Below, piece after piece: positions 1-7,454 of a DNA stretch of 12,615 nt. Below the pieces are notes generated by a model. It had not been told where the DNA came from. It did not search any database and was given only the letters and a program-made list of their open reading frames with translations. A program made the translations under genes and the position numbers. This stretch comes from a virus (taxonomy: Duplodnaviria > Heunggongvirae > Uroviricota > Caudoviricetes). The stretch lies in the IMG/VR virus record IMGVR_UViG_2541047681_000005; one strand, 5' to 3'. The first letter of the stretch is position 1, and every line of letters begins with the position of its first letter.

Positions 1-1230
1 ATGCGCAGAGCACTTAACAAACTGAGTGATACACAGCTAAGGAAAATCAACGGCACACCCGCCCAAAAAACAGCCTTTCTTAATGACGGTGGAAACCTGA
101 GCGTCAGGCATTCAACCAGCGGCCTTTTAACCTGGTATTTCACCTACAGGGCCGGAACGGGAAGGGGAGCACGACCGGAACGGATTAAGCTGGGAAATTA
201 TCCTGATCTGAGTCTGAAAGCTGCCAGGGAAAAAGCGGCACAGTGTCGCGCTTGGCTTGCTGAGGGGAAAAATCCACGTCATGAGATGAATTACACCGTA
301 CAGAAAGCGTTAAAGCCCGTAACGGTTGGCGATGCGCTTACCTACTGGCTTGAGTCTTACGTAAAGGAAAACCGCGTGGATTATGCCGCCCTGAAAAAGC
401 GCCTTAATAATCACGTAATACAGCACATTGGTGCTATGCCGCTGGATAAATGCGAGCTACGGCACTGGCTGGCCTGTTTTGACCAGGTGGCAAAGCGAAC
501 GCCTGTTACTGCCGGATTCTTGCTACAGACGTGCAAACAGGCGCTTAAGTTCTGCCGGAGGCGGCGCTATGCAATCAGCAACGTTCTTGATGATATGAGT
601 GTGGCGGACGTTGGGAAAAAACCGGATATAAGCGAGCGTGTCTTAAGCACCAAAGAACTTGGCGAATTATTGCAGGCACTGGACAAAAAAATATTTTCCC
701 CTTACTACGTCGCACTAATCCGCCTCCTGATTGTTTTCGGATGCCGGACGGTAGAACTGAGGTTATCGGAGATCAGCGAGTGGGATTTTACCGAAATGCT
801 CTGGACCGTGCCGAAAGAACACAGCAAAACGAAGGTGGCAATATTCCGGTCCATACCGGAAGCAATACTGCCGTTCGTCACGCAGCTGGTGGAGCAGAAC
901 AGGCACACGGGCTTATTGCTGGGGGAAGTGAAACAGGAAACAAGCGTGTCGCAGTACGGCAGATTAGCGCACAGGAGGCTAAAACACCCTCACTGGTCAC
1001 TGCATGACATCCGGCGCACCTTTACAACGATGCTGAACGATTTAGGCGTGGATCCTCACGTCGTGGAGCAGCTTACAGGTCATCAGATGCCAGGGATGCA
1101 ACGAGTCTATAACCATTCCCGTTATCTGGATGCGAAACGTGACGCGCTGGATATGTGGACGGAGCGGTTAGGGATACTGGCGGGAACACATGAAAACGTA
1201 ACCACATTGCCAATAGCCAGAGAAATATAA
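1..1230 (+). CDS. int: Tyrosine site-specific integrase, P4-type
   Basis: 409-aa ORF starting at window base 1. N-terminal arm-binding-like region (LNDGGNLSV...WYFTYR...LGNYPDLSLKAARE) and C-terminal catalytic region with HDIRRT (H-x-x-R) and a terminal VYNHSRY tyrosine motif. Upstream RBS not visible because the window starts at the ATG. Confidence 0.9.
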   Translation: MRRALNKLSDTQLRKINGTPAQKTAFLNDGGNLSVRHSTSGLLTWYFTYRAGTGRGARPERIKLGNYPDLSLKAAREKAAQCRAWLAEGKNPRHEMNYTVQKALKPVTVGDALTYWLESYVKENRVDYAALKKRLNNHVIQHIGAMPLDKCELRHWLACFDQVAKRTPVTAGFLLQTCKQALKFCRRRRYAISNVLDDMSVADVGKKPDISERVLSTKELGELLQALDKKIFSPYYVALIRLLIVFGCRTVELRLSEISEWDFTEMLWTVPKEHSKTKVAIFRSIPEAILPFVTQLVEQNRHTGLLLGEVKQETSVSQYGRLAHRRLKHPHWSLHDIRRTFTTMLNDLGVDPHVVEQLTGHQMPGMQRVYNHSRYLDAKRDALDMWTERLGILAGTHENVTTLPIAREI

Positions 1231-1257
1231 TTTTTTTTGCGATTTTTCAGGATGCGG

Positions 1258-1317
1258 ACAACGTGAAACAACGAGACACAACGACGAACAACAAGGAACA
1301 AAATGGAACAACGGGTT
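1258..1317. repeat. Six phased 10-bp direct repeats (ACAACGnnnn) just downstream of int
   Basis: ACAAC(G/A) begins at 1258, 1268, 1278, 1288, 1298 and 1308, an exact 10-bp period. A second CA-rich tract with CACAA/CCCAA repeats lies at 1511..1565, just upstream of alpA. Confidence 0.6.
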
Positions 1318-1595
1318 AAAAATCAGCCATCGTAATAACCATTTGATTTTTATAGGTGTACTGTTTTTTTATACACTGGCGAATCACTCTTAAAAATATG
1401 TAAAAAAGGCGTAAAAGTAAAATTTTATGCCTTTGCATCATAATGAATTAAAAGAGTTTTTATTCTCATTCCCCCTGCTTCTGTAAAACGACCGCCGCCA
1501 GTGTTTGCCATTCCACAAACACCCTGACACAATCCGACACAACCCAACCCAATAATCCACCCAATGACTCTTTAAGAAACAACAAAGGGGGAATT

Positions 1596-1784
1596 GTGTT
1601 AAGCACAGATCGCTTTATACGTGAAAAAGAATGTCAGCAACTTACAGGCCTGAGCCGCTCATGTCGGTACCGCCTGGAAAAAGCCGGACAATTCCCATCA
1701 CGGCGTAAGCTGGGCGGTCGTTCCGTTGGCTGGTCTTTATCCGAAGTTCTGGCATGGAAGGACAGCTGCGAGGCAGTTCACTAA
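1596..1784 (+). CDS. alpA: AlpA-family transcriptional regulator (excisionase-like winged-helix protein)
   Basis: 62-aa ORF with GTG start at 1596 preceded by RBS AAAGGGGGAA. Sequence (FIREKECQQLTGLSRSCRYRLEKAGQFPSRRKLGGRSVGWSLSEVLAWK) matches the AlpA/prophage CP4-57 regulatory protein pattern. Position directly after a P4-type int is typical. Confidence 0.85.
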   Translation: MLSTDRFIREKECQQLTGLSRSCRYRLEKAGQFPSRRKLGGRSVGWSLSEVLAWKDSCEAVH

Positions 1785-1836
1785 TCAGGCTGGCGGCACA
1801 CAGCCGCCACCCATCCACTAATACAGAGATCTAACC

Positions 1837-2196
1837 ATGAATACTGGATATTCTCCCGAACAAGGGCGGGGCTTCGTTCGTCCTGAAAAACAGAATCTGC
1901 AAAATTTTGCCGAAATTATTCCGGTTATTTCCGGCCTTACTGGCGGGAGTGAAACCAATATTGTTAACGCCAGAGCGTTGCAGATGTTTGATGATAAAAA
2001 GGGAGTAAATTTAACTTACACCCCTGACGGCAATCAGAATATGAGCATTATCTCTGAGTCAGGTTTCTACAAACTAATAAAAACAAAAAGCGCCCCGTTG
2101 CCGGAGCGCCTTTGTGAACAATTAACCTACTGCGCAAAAAATGAATCTGAGCAGTGGGATTATATCAACCATGTGGAGAAGCGCCACAATTGCCGA
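1837..2196 (+). pseudogene. Possible decayed Bro-N/antirepressor-like remnant (N-terminal part of a 428-aa composite ORF)
   Basis: The first ~115 aa (DGNQNMSIISESGFYKLIKTKSAPLPERL) weakly resemble the Bro-N/KilA-N motif (ESGLYSLI...). The remainder of ORF 1837..3123 is Cys/Arg/Ser-rich and low in complexity, crosses a divergent promoter region and overlaps a better-supported minus-strand gene, so the long ORF is not one real protein. Confidence 0.25.
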
Positions 2197-2543
2197 ATAA
2201 CGGGCAAAACAAAGGCCACCCGCTACGGTGGCCCCTCGACACAAGCTACACGTTATCCCCAACGCATGAGCATTGCCAACAATGCCACATTTGCGGCTGG
2301 TGGGCAATGCAATCAGTCTGGTTCAGTTCGTTGCCATACCTGCAATGAGCGCTTTTCCCTGTACTCTTTAAGGAATTGCTCAAGGGCAAAAGCACATGGC
2401 GCGAATCTTTCTGATTCATGCTCTATCTTTCTGCGCCGTCTTTTCCGTGCCGGTGATAATGTTTTGGTCAATTCTTTATCGGTCATTGTGTTGTCCTGCA
2501 TAGCAATGCGCCGTAGTTACTCACACCACGGCGCTGGTGATGG

Positions 2544-2723
2544 TTACTCCTGCTCTTTGGCCTTGCGGCGCTGGCGGCGTTTGATTTCGCCGCGCATGGC
2601 TGCGTTTATAAACTGTCCCGTGCTTTCGCCTTCTTCTTTCACGTTCTCCATGCCTTCAATAATTTCATGGGCAATACGTGCAGTTACAGATTGTGATTTT
2701 GCATTCTTTGGACCCGTTGCCAT
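2544..2723 (-). CDS. Hypothetical small basic protein (59 aa), divergently transcribed from the left operon
   Basis: Internal ATG at 2721..2723 (complement) preceded by RBS GAGGGG with 6-nt spacing; product MATGPKNAKSQ...EIKRRQRRKAKEQE. Candidate -35/-10 (TTCAAA/TATATT) on the minus strand, overlapped by operator-like repeats. Family not recognised. Confidence 0.45.
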   Translation of the reverse strand: MATGPKNAKSQSVTARIAHEIIEGMENVKEEGESTGQFINAAMRGEIKRRQRRKAKEQE

Positions 2724-2744
2724 GTTTAACCCCTCATGTTTTTG

Positions 2745-2826
2745 GTGTAAGACAATATACACGAAAAAAAAATATTTTGAAGGGTTGACGTGTAAGACAC
2801 CATTGTTTTACATTGTGTCTTACACC
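2745..2826. promoter_or_regulatory. Divergent promoter region with three copies of an 11-bp operator-like motif GTGTAAGACAC
   Basis: Motif at 2745..2755 and 2790..2800 (direct) and 2815..2825 (inverted). Candidate + strand promoter -35 TTGACG (2785..2790) and -10 TTACAT (2808..2813), 17-bp spacer; one operator copy sits in the spacer and the inverted copy at the predicted +1. Candidate minus-strand promoter overlaps the first copy. Confidence 0.55.
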
Positions 2827-2922
2827 TTATTGATGAAAGGCACAGAAACGACGAAACCCCGCACTGTAGGAGCAGTAACGGGGCTTCTAACCACCAACGA
2901 TAGCAACAGTATCGAGGTAGCT

Positions 2923-3123
2923 ATGAGAAATCATACCACACACCCGAAAGGGCGGGACTCGCACAACCTGAATAAATACATCTGGCGTTTTATCGCCCTG
3001 AGCACGGCACAACCGCGCGTGATTACCATTGAGGCCACCAGCGAACAGGAAGCACGCCAGCAATCTCCGGCTGGCTGCGTGATGGTATTTGCTGCCCGTA
3101 TTCGTCAGGGGGTAGGCTTATGA
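2923..3123 (+). CDS. Small protein (66 aa), first gene of the left operon; possibly Icd-like, otherwise hypothetical
   Basis: ATG at 2923 with RBS GAGGT upstream; product MRNHTTHPKGRDSHNLNKYIWRFIALSTAQPRVITIEATSEQEARQQ.... Its stop overlaps the next ATG (ATGA). The Icd-like assignment is a recollection of P4-like prophage annotations and is unverified. Confidence 0.45.
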   Translation: MRNHTTHPKGRDSHNLNKYIWRFIALSTAQPRVITIEATSEQEARQQSPAGCVMVFAARIRQGVGL

Positions 3124-3350
3124 GCCAGGAAATCACACTACAACAGGCAGCAGAACGCGCCCACCAAATCGAAGTTATTTGCGCACTGGCAGAGGATTAC
3201 CCTAGCATGATGACCGACAGCGAATCAGGGGCAATCATCGGCTTACTTAAACGCCTTAGCGGTGAGGTCTGCGTATTCCTGAGCGATGAACAGGAAAGAA
3301 GAACGCTTATTTCTAACGAAAAAAAATGCGGAGGGGTACATGTGCAATAA
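3120..3350 (+). CDS. Hypothetical protein (76 aa)
   Basis: ATG at 3120 overlapping the upstream stop (ATGA), RBS AGGGGG upstream; acidic product. No family recognised. Confidence 0.5.
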   Translation: MSQEITLQQAAERAHQIEVICALAEDYPSMMTDSESGAIIGLLKRLSGEVCVFLSDEQERRTLISNEKKCGGVHVQ

Positions 3351-3570
3351 AACCACACCGGACGCAGCAGAAGAAGCAATGCAAATACTGATACGTGCGC
3401 TCGTTGATGTTACCCACATGGTGGAGATTATGGAGAGAAAATCACAGTCGGAGCACGACAAAAGAAAACTTAAAACAATAAAAATAATTGCCAAAAACTC
3501 GCTGATAAAAGTTACAGACATCCTTAATGAGGACATTAAAAGAATAAGGGAGAAAATTTGTGATGCATAA
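3340..3570 (+). CDS. Hypothetical protein (76 aa)
   Basis: ATG at 3340 preceded by RBS GGAGGGG, overlapping the previous gene by 11 nt. The longer six-frame ORF 3286..3570 probably starts at this internal ATG. No family recognised. Confidence 0.5.
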   Translation: MCNKTTPDAAEEAMQILIRALVDVTHMVEIMERKSQSEHDKRKLKTIKIIAKNSLIKVTDILNEDIKRIREKICDA

Positions 3571-3790
3571 AATCCCTTTTGAAGTATTAATCCACTCTGA
3601 AAACGCATTAATTAAAGCACGCGAAATGAATGCGTTGTTAATTAAATTAATTGAAGTGCCGGAAGGTGGCGAAGATCATTCATCATTAATGTTTGCCGCT
3701 GTTCAGACATTATTGACACCTGTTATTGATGAACTCAATAAGGCTATGGCAATTCACGAGAATAATAAAGCGCCCCACACCGGAGAATAA
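3563..3790 (+). CDS. Hypothetical protein (75 aa)
   Basis: ATG at 3563 (GTG at 3560 also possible) with RBS AAGGGAG upstream; overlaps the previous gene by 8 nt. No family recognised. Confidence 0.5.
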   Translation: MHKIPFEVLIHSENALIKAREMNALLIKLIEVPEGGEDHSSLMFAAVQTLLTPVIDELNKAMAIHENNKAPHTGE

Positions 3791-3795
3791 AAATA

Positions 3796-4095
3796 ATGAA
3801 ACTTAAATATTCTGGCTTAACTGCCAGTGGCAAAACTCGCACTAAATTCATGCGCGGTGATATTTACCGCGACCAGTACGGCGGCACGGTAATGATTAAG
3901 GGCGTGGAGGAACGGCGCGTAACCTACCGTCGTGAAGGCTACGAATATGATTGCGTGATGCCTGTTTATCAGTTCGATCGTGATTTTTCTCTGGTGCAGG
4001 CCGTACCGCGTAACGTGCCCACCAGCAGGGAGAAAGCACGCGCCAATATTCAGGAAATAAAAAAGATGCTTAACGTATTCAGGGGTAAGAAATGA
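3796..4095 (+). CDS. Hypothetical protein (99 aa)
   Basis: ATG at 3796 with RBS GGAGA 9 nt upstream; stop overlaps the primase start (ATGA). No family recognised. Confidence 0.55.
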   Translation: MKLKYSGLTASGKTRTKFMRGDIYRDQYGGTVMIKGVEERRVTYRREGYEYDCVMPVYQFDRDFSLVQAVPRNVPTSREKARANIQEIKKMLNVFRGKK

Positions 4096-5846
4096 AACTG
4101 GCACCGAACGTAAAAAAACAACCACGCGGAATAAAACACAAAGACACAGAGGTAATTATTTTCGCGGGTAGTGATGCGTGGTCACATGCAAAACAGTGGC
4201 AGGAGCAGGACGGCCCCGCATCCGGCGATAATGTGCCGCCTGTGTGGCTTGGGCCAAATCAGCTTGCCGAACTTGATGCGCTGAAAATTGTTCCGGATGG
4301 GAAAAAGCGCGTAAGGCTGTACCAGGCCGGAGAACTGGATTTAGTGGAGACCAAAAAGATTGGTCAGAAGCTGGCGGCGGCAGATATTCAGGACGCAAAT
4401 TTTTACCCTGATGGTATGCACGGTCAGAAGGTGGAGAACTGGCGCGAATATCTGGCCCGTGAGCGCCAGAATCTTTCTGATGGTCTGGTCATTGAGCTTC
4501 CGGTAAAGCAAAAGGCGCAACTTTCGCAGATGGCGGACAGTGAGCGCGCGCAGCTGCTTGCCGATCGCTTTGATGGCGTTTGCGTACATCCTGAAAGTGA
4601 AATCGTTCACGTATGGCGCGGCGGGGTATGGTGTCCGGTCAGCACAATGGAACTTAGCCGCGAAATGGTGGCGATCTATTCAGAGCACAGGGCCACTTTC
4701 AGCAAGCGCGTAATCAATAACGCCGTGGAAGCGTTAAAAGTTATTGCCGAACCAATGGGCGAGCCGTCCGGCGATTTGCTGCCGTTCGCCAATGGTGCGC
4801 TTGACCTGAAAACGGGGGAATTTTCCCCGCACACGCCGGAGAACTGGATCACCACGCACAACGGCATTGAGTACACGCCACCAGCACCAGGGGAGAACAT
4901 CCGCGATAACGCGCCAAACTTTCATAAATGGCTTAAGCACGCAGCCGGAAAAGACCCGCGCAAGATGATGCGTATATGTGCCGCGCTGTACATGATTATG
5001 GCGAACCGGTACGACTGGCAGATGTTTATTGAGGCCACCGGAGACGGCGGGAGCGGTAAAAGTACATTCACGCACATAGCCAGCCTTCTGGCAGGGAAAC
5101 AGAACACGGTAAGCGCTGAAATGACATCGCTTGATGATGCTGGTGGACGTGCGCAGGTTGTCGGGAGTCGTCTTATCGTCCTGGCTGACCAGCCGAAATA
5201 TACAGGCGAAGGAACGGGCATCAAGAAAATCACGGGCGGTGACCCCGTGGAAATTAACCCGAAATACGAAAAGCGTTTCACGGCTGTAATCAGGGCGGTG
5301 GTGCTGGCGACCAACAATAACCCGATGATATTCACCGAACGGGCCGGAGGTGTGGCACGTCGTCGCGTGATTTTCCGTTTCGACAATATCGTCAGTGAGG
5401 CCGAAAAAGACAGGGAGCTACCGGAAAAGATCGCGGCTGAAATCCCTGTCATTATCCGCCGATTGCTGGCGAACTTTACCGACCCTGAGAAGGCACGGGC
5501 TTTACTACTGGAACAGCGTGACGGTGATGAAGCACTGGCAATAAAGCAACAGACGGATCCGGTTATTGAGTTTTGCCAGTTCCTGAATTTTCTGGAGGAA
5601 GCGCGCGGCCTGATGATGGGGGGCGGTGGCGATTCAGTGAAGTACACGACCAGGAACAGCCTTTACCGCGTCTATCTGGCGTTTATGGCATACGCAGGCA
5701 GGAGCAAACCGCTAAACGTAAATGACTTTGGAAAGGCTATGAAGCCTGCCGCAAAAGTTTACGGACATGAATATATTACGCGGAAAGTTAAGGGGGTAAC
5801 GCAGACTAACGCAATAACAACAGACGAGTGCGACGCGTTTTTATAA
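4092..5846 (+). CDS. Replication primase/helicase, P4-alpha / D5-like family with P-loop NTPase domain
   Basis: 584-aa ORF with RBS AGGGG upstream; Walker A motif GDGGSGKST, followed by a hydrophobic strand (LIVLADQP) consistent with Walker B. Position after int-alpA and immediately before an iteron cluster matches satellite pri-rep genes. Confidence 0.9.
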   Translation: MKLAPNVKKQPRGIKHKDTEVIIFAGSDAWSHAKQWQEQDGPASGDNVPPVWLGPNQLAELDALKIVPDGKKRVRLYQAGELDLVETKKIGQKLAAADIQDANFYPDGMHGQKVENWREYLARERQNLSDGLVIELPVKQKAQLSQMADSERAQLLADRFDGVCVHPESEIVHVWRGGVWCPVSTMELSREMVAIYSEHRATFSKRVINNAVEALKVIAEPMGEPSGDLLPFANGALDLKTGEFSPHTPENWITTHNGIEYTPPAPGENIRDNAPNFHKWLKHAAGKDPRKMMRICAALYMIMANRYDWQMFIEATGDGGSGKSTFTHIASLLAGKQNTVSAEMTSLDDAGGRAQVVGSRLIVLADQPKYTGEGTGIKKITGGDPVEINPKYEKRFTAVIRAVVLATNNNPMIFTERAGGVARRRVIFRFDNIVSEAEKDRELPEKIAAEIPVIIRRLLANFTDPEKARALLLEQRDGDEALAIKQQTDPVIEFCQFLNFLEEARGLMMGGGGDSVKYTTRNSLYRVYLAFMAYAGRSKPLNVNDFGKAMKPAAKVYGHEYITRKVKGVTQTNAITTDECDAFL

Positions 5847-5860
5847 TTTTTTGTAATTGC

Positions 5861-6086
5861 TGTCTACCCTGTCTACCTGAGTAAAGAAAAATACATTTAA
5901 TTCAGTGCATTAAGTTAGGTAGACAGCCTTTTTTTACTGTCTACCCACTATCTACCCTCTCTACCTGATTTTACCTGAATCAGACAGGGAGGTAGACACG
6001 GGGTAGATAGTGGATAAAAGCACTCTACCCCGCTGAAAGCCGCGCCATTACTGGCATGAGGGCCACTAAGGTAGATAAGGTAGACA
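5861..6086. repeat. Iteron cluster, putative replication origin
   Basis: About 11 copies of the core TCTACC / GGTAGA in both orientations (TGTCTACC at 5861, 5870, 5938; ATCTACCC 5950; CTCTACC 5959 and 6023; GGTAGACA 5918, 5991, 6079; GGTAGATA 6002, 6070), with an AT-rich stretch at 5880..5915. Directly downstream of the primase stop. Confidence 0.7.
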
Positions 6087-6134
6087 AGGGGAGGCACAAC
6101 TCAAAACTTTTTAAACGAGGGGGTAAAAATAAAT

Positions 6135-6413
6135 ATGCACACTTCAGGGAAATTTAATAAATCACTCAAAAAACGCAGAGACAGAACAGAACCGAAATAT
6201 CGCGCGTTAGACATGACAGAGCACGCTTTAAAGGTGGCAATCAGAACGATAGACCGCCACGCGGGGGAAGGATACGCGAAAGCACATCCCGAACTGATAA
6301 GCGCATTCATGACCACGACGGCGGCAAATTTTGCCACGCTGACAGAGCGGGAGATTGCCGAAGCGGAACAGGTAACAACCATCAACGTTAAAACCGGAGA
6401 GGTGGAATCATGA
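6135..6413 (+). CDS. Hypothetical protein (92 aa)
   Basis: ATG at 6135 with strong RBS GAGGGGG; stop overlaps the next start (ATGA). No family recognised. Confidence 0.55.
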   Translation: MHTSGKFNKSLKKRRDRTEPKYRALDMTEHALKVAIRTIDRHAGEGYAKAHPELISAFMTTTAANFATLTEREIAEAEQVTTINVKTGEVES

Positions 6414-6832
6414 CAGCACAGATAGCAGCTTACGGGCGGCTGGTGGACGACCCGCAGGTAAAACAGACCAGCAAGGGCACACCGATGACGCTGGCGCGTA
6501 TGGCGGTCCCCCTTCCGTGCAGCCAGGCAGATGACGGAACGGCGACGATGTGGTTATCCGTCCTGGCATTTGGCAGACAGGCCGAAGCACTGGAAAGGCA
6601 CCGCAAGGGTGAACTCCTGAGCGTGGCGGGTAACATGCAGATCAGCCAGTGGACTGGGCAGAACGGAGAAACGCGGCAGGGCTGGCAGGTTATCGCAGAC
6701 AGTGTAATCAGTGCGCGAACGGCGCGACTGGGCGGCAAAAAAGGTCAACAGGGCCAGGCTACTGACGCGCTGAACAGGGCAAAACAACAGGCGGGGAATG
6801 ATGATCCGTACGGGGATAACATACCGTTTTAA
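6410..6832 (+). CDS. SSB-like single-stranded DNA-binding protein (OB fold with SSB-type C-terminal tail)
   Basis: 140-aa ORF with RBS GGAGAGGTGG. N-terminal region aligns by eye with the E. coli SSB OB fold (GRLVDDPQV vs GNLGQDPEV; WLSVLAFGRQAEALERHRKGELLSV vs [25 protein letters not shown]). Gly/Gln-rich linker and C-terminal DDPYGDNIPF resemble the SSB DDDIPF tail. Confidence 0.65.
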   Translation: MTAQIAAYGRLVDDPQVKQTSKGTPMTLARMAVPLPCSQADDGTATMWLSVLAFGRQAEALERHRKGELLSVAGNMQISQWTGQNGETRQGWQVIADSVISARTARLGGKKGQQGQATDALNRAKQQAGNDDPYGDNIPF

Positions 6833-6848
6833 GCGACGAGAGACAGAA

Positions 6849-6870
6849 GCCGGAGCAATCCGGCTTTTTT
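6849..6870 (+). terminator. Rho-independent terminator after the SSB-like gene
   Basis: Hairpin GCCGGA-GCAA-TCCGGC followed by six T (6865..6870). Confidence 0.7.
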
Positions 6871-6908
6871 ACGGGTCCTCCTGGCGGGGTGGGCCTGAAC
6901 ACGGGGCG
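6871..6908 (+). other. Degenerate cos-like sequence (pseudo-cos)
   Basis: ACGGGTCCTCCTGGCGGGGTGGGCCTGAACACGGGGCGGGAAGCGCGG resembles the cosQ/cosN segment at 9313..9360 (ACGGGTCCTTTCCGG...ACGGGGCGGCGACCTCGCGG), and is preceded by the same terminator hairpin, but lacks the intact GGGCGGCGACCT core. Confidence 0.45.
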
Positions 6909-7044
6909 GGAAGCGCGGAAAAAAGCGCATTTTTGTGATTTTATCGTCATCATCATCATGAGCGTAATTTATTGTTTTTAATTGTTTTGATGCAAAAAAG
7001 ATGATGGTTGTGGTTAATTTTCGTTCGACATCTTTGCAGGCAGA

Positions 7045-7087
7045 TAAAAAAGCCCGATAAGGTCAGAGGTGGCTTATCGGGCTTTTG
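7045..7087. terminator. Bidirectional hairpin terminator candidate
   Basis: 11-bp perfect stem AGCCCGATAAG / CTTATCGGGCT with 11-nt loop, A-run upstream and T-run downstream. Confidence 0.5.
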
Positions 7088-7163
7088 CATATGAGGCTTT
7101 TTGGTGCACTGACACACATGAGCGGGATCATCATTTCATAATTTGCAACACAACTCAATATCA

Positions 7164-7212
7164 TTGTACAAAACGCAATCCTGATTATAATCAGAGCTGG
7201 ATGAACATCCAG
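7164..7212 (+). promoter_or_regulatory. Candidate promoter of the capsid operon with overlapping palindromic operators
   Basis: -35 TTGTAC (7164..7169), 16-bp spacer, -10 TATAAT (7186..7191). The -10 lies inside a perfect 14-bp palindrome CTGATTATAATCAG (7181..7194), followed by inverted repeat CTGGATG-AA-CATCCAG (7197..7212). Confidence 0.5.
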
Positions 7213-7247
7213 TTATGATTTTTTAAGTCGAAGAGGAATTTCTTACT

Positions 7248-7454
7248 ATGGCTGAAGAGAAAAAAGGCGGTGTTTCGGTGTACATAAGCCCCGAAATCGT
7301 GGAGGTGCTCAAGCAGCGCCACAAAAAAAACTATGAGGCTGGCGTGGCGGCTGGACTGGATCCGCTGATGACGCCGGAGCCGTCGATAGGTTCACTTGTA
7401 CGCTCTTATTTACTTGCGGCGCTTGGGATGCATAAAAATTATGGGGGTGAATAA
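7248..7454 (+). CDS. Hypothetical protein (68 aa), translationally coupled to the major capsid gene
   Basis: ATG at 7248 with RBS AGAGGA; its stop TAA overlaps the capsid ATG (TAATG). No family recognised. Confidence 0.55.
   Translation: MAEEKKGGVSVYISPEIVEVLKQRHKKNYEAGVAAGLDPLMTPEPSIGSLVRSYLLAALGMHKNYGGE

Noticed and set aside
705-1007. ORFs 741..1007 (+) and 705..908 (-) overlapping the integrase
   Set aside because: Embedded in or antisense to the integrase reading frame, which has clear family motifs; no independent support.
1791-1809. Hairpin TGGCGGC-ACACA-GCCGCCA after alpA as a terminator
   Set aside because: 7-bp GC stem but followed by CCCATCC rather than a T-run; could be a stabilising stem-loop or rho-dependent signal, not a clear intrinsic terminator.
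3197-3608. Minus-strand ORFs 3243..3608 (121 aa) and 3197..3379 (60 aa)
   Set aside because: Antisense to a series of + strand small genes that have RBSs and translational coupling; hydrophobic low-complexity translations typical of antisense frames in AT-rich DNA.
4922-5647. 241-aa minus-strand ORF (and 4734..5075, 4676..4900, 4341..4610 minus ORFs) inside the primase gene
   Set aside because: Antisense to a well-supported 584-aa primase/helicase with Walker A motif; Ser/Arg/Pro-rich low-complexity products and no RBS. Typical antisense artefacts.
5861-6086. Possible CRISPR array (clustered short repeats)
   Set aside because: Repeats are only about 8 bp, occur in both orientations and are irregularly spaced with no spacer periodicity; sits directly after a primase gene. 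Fits iterons, not CRISPR.
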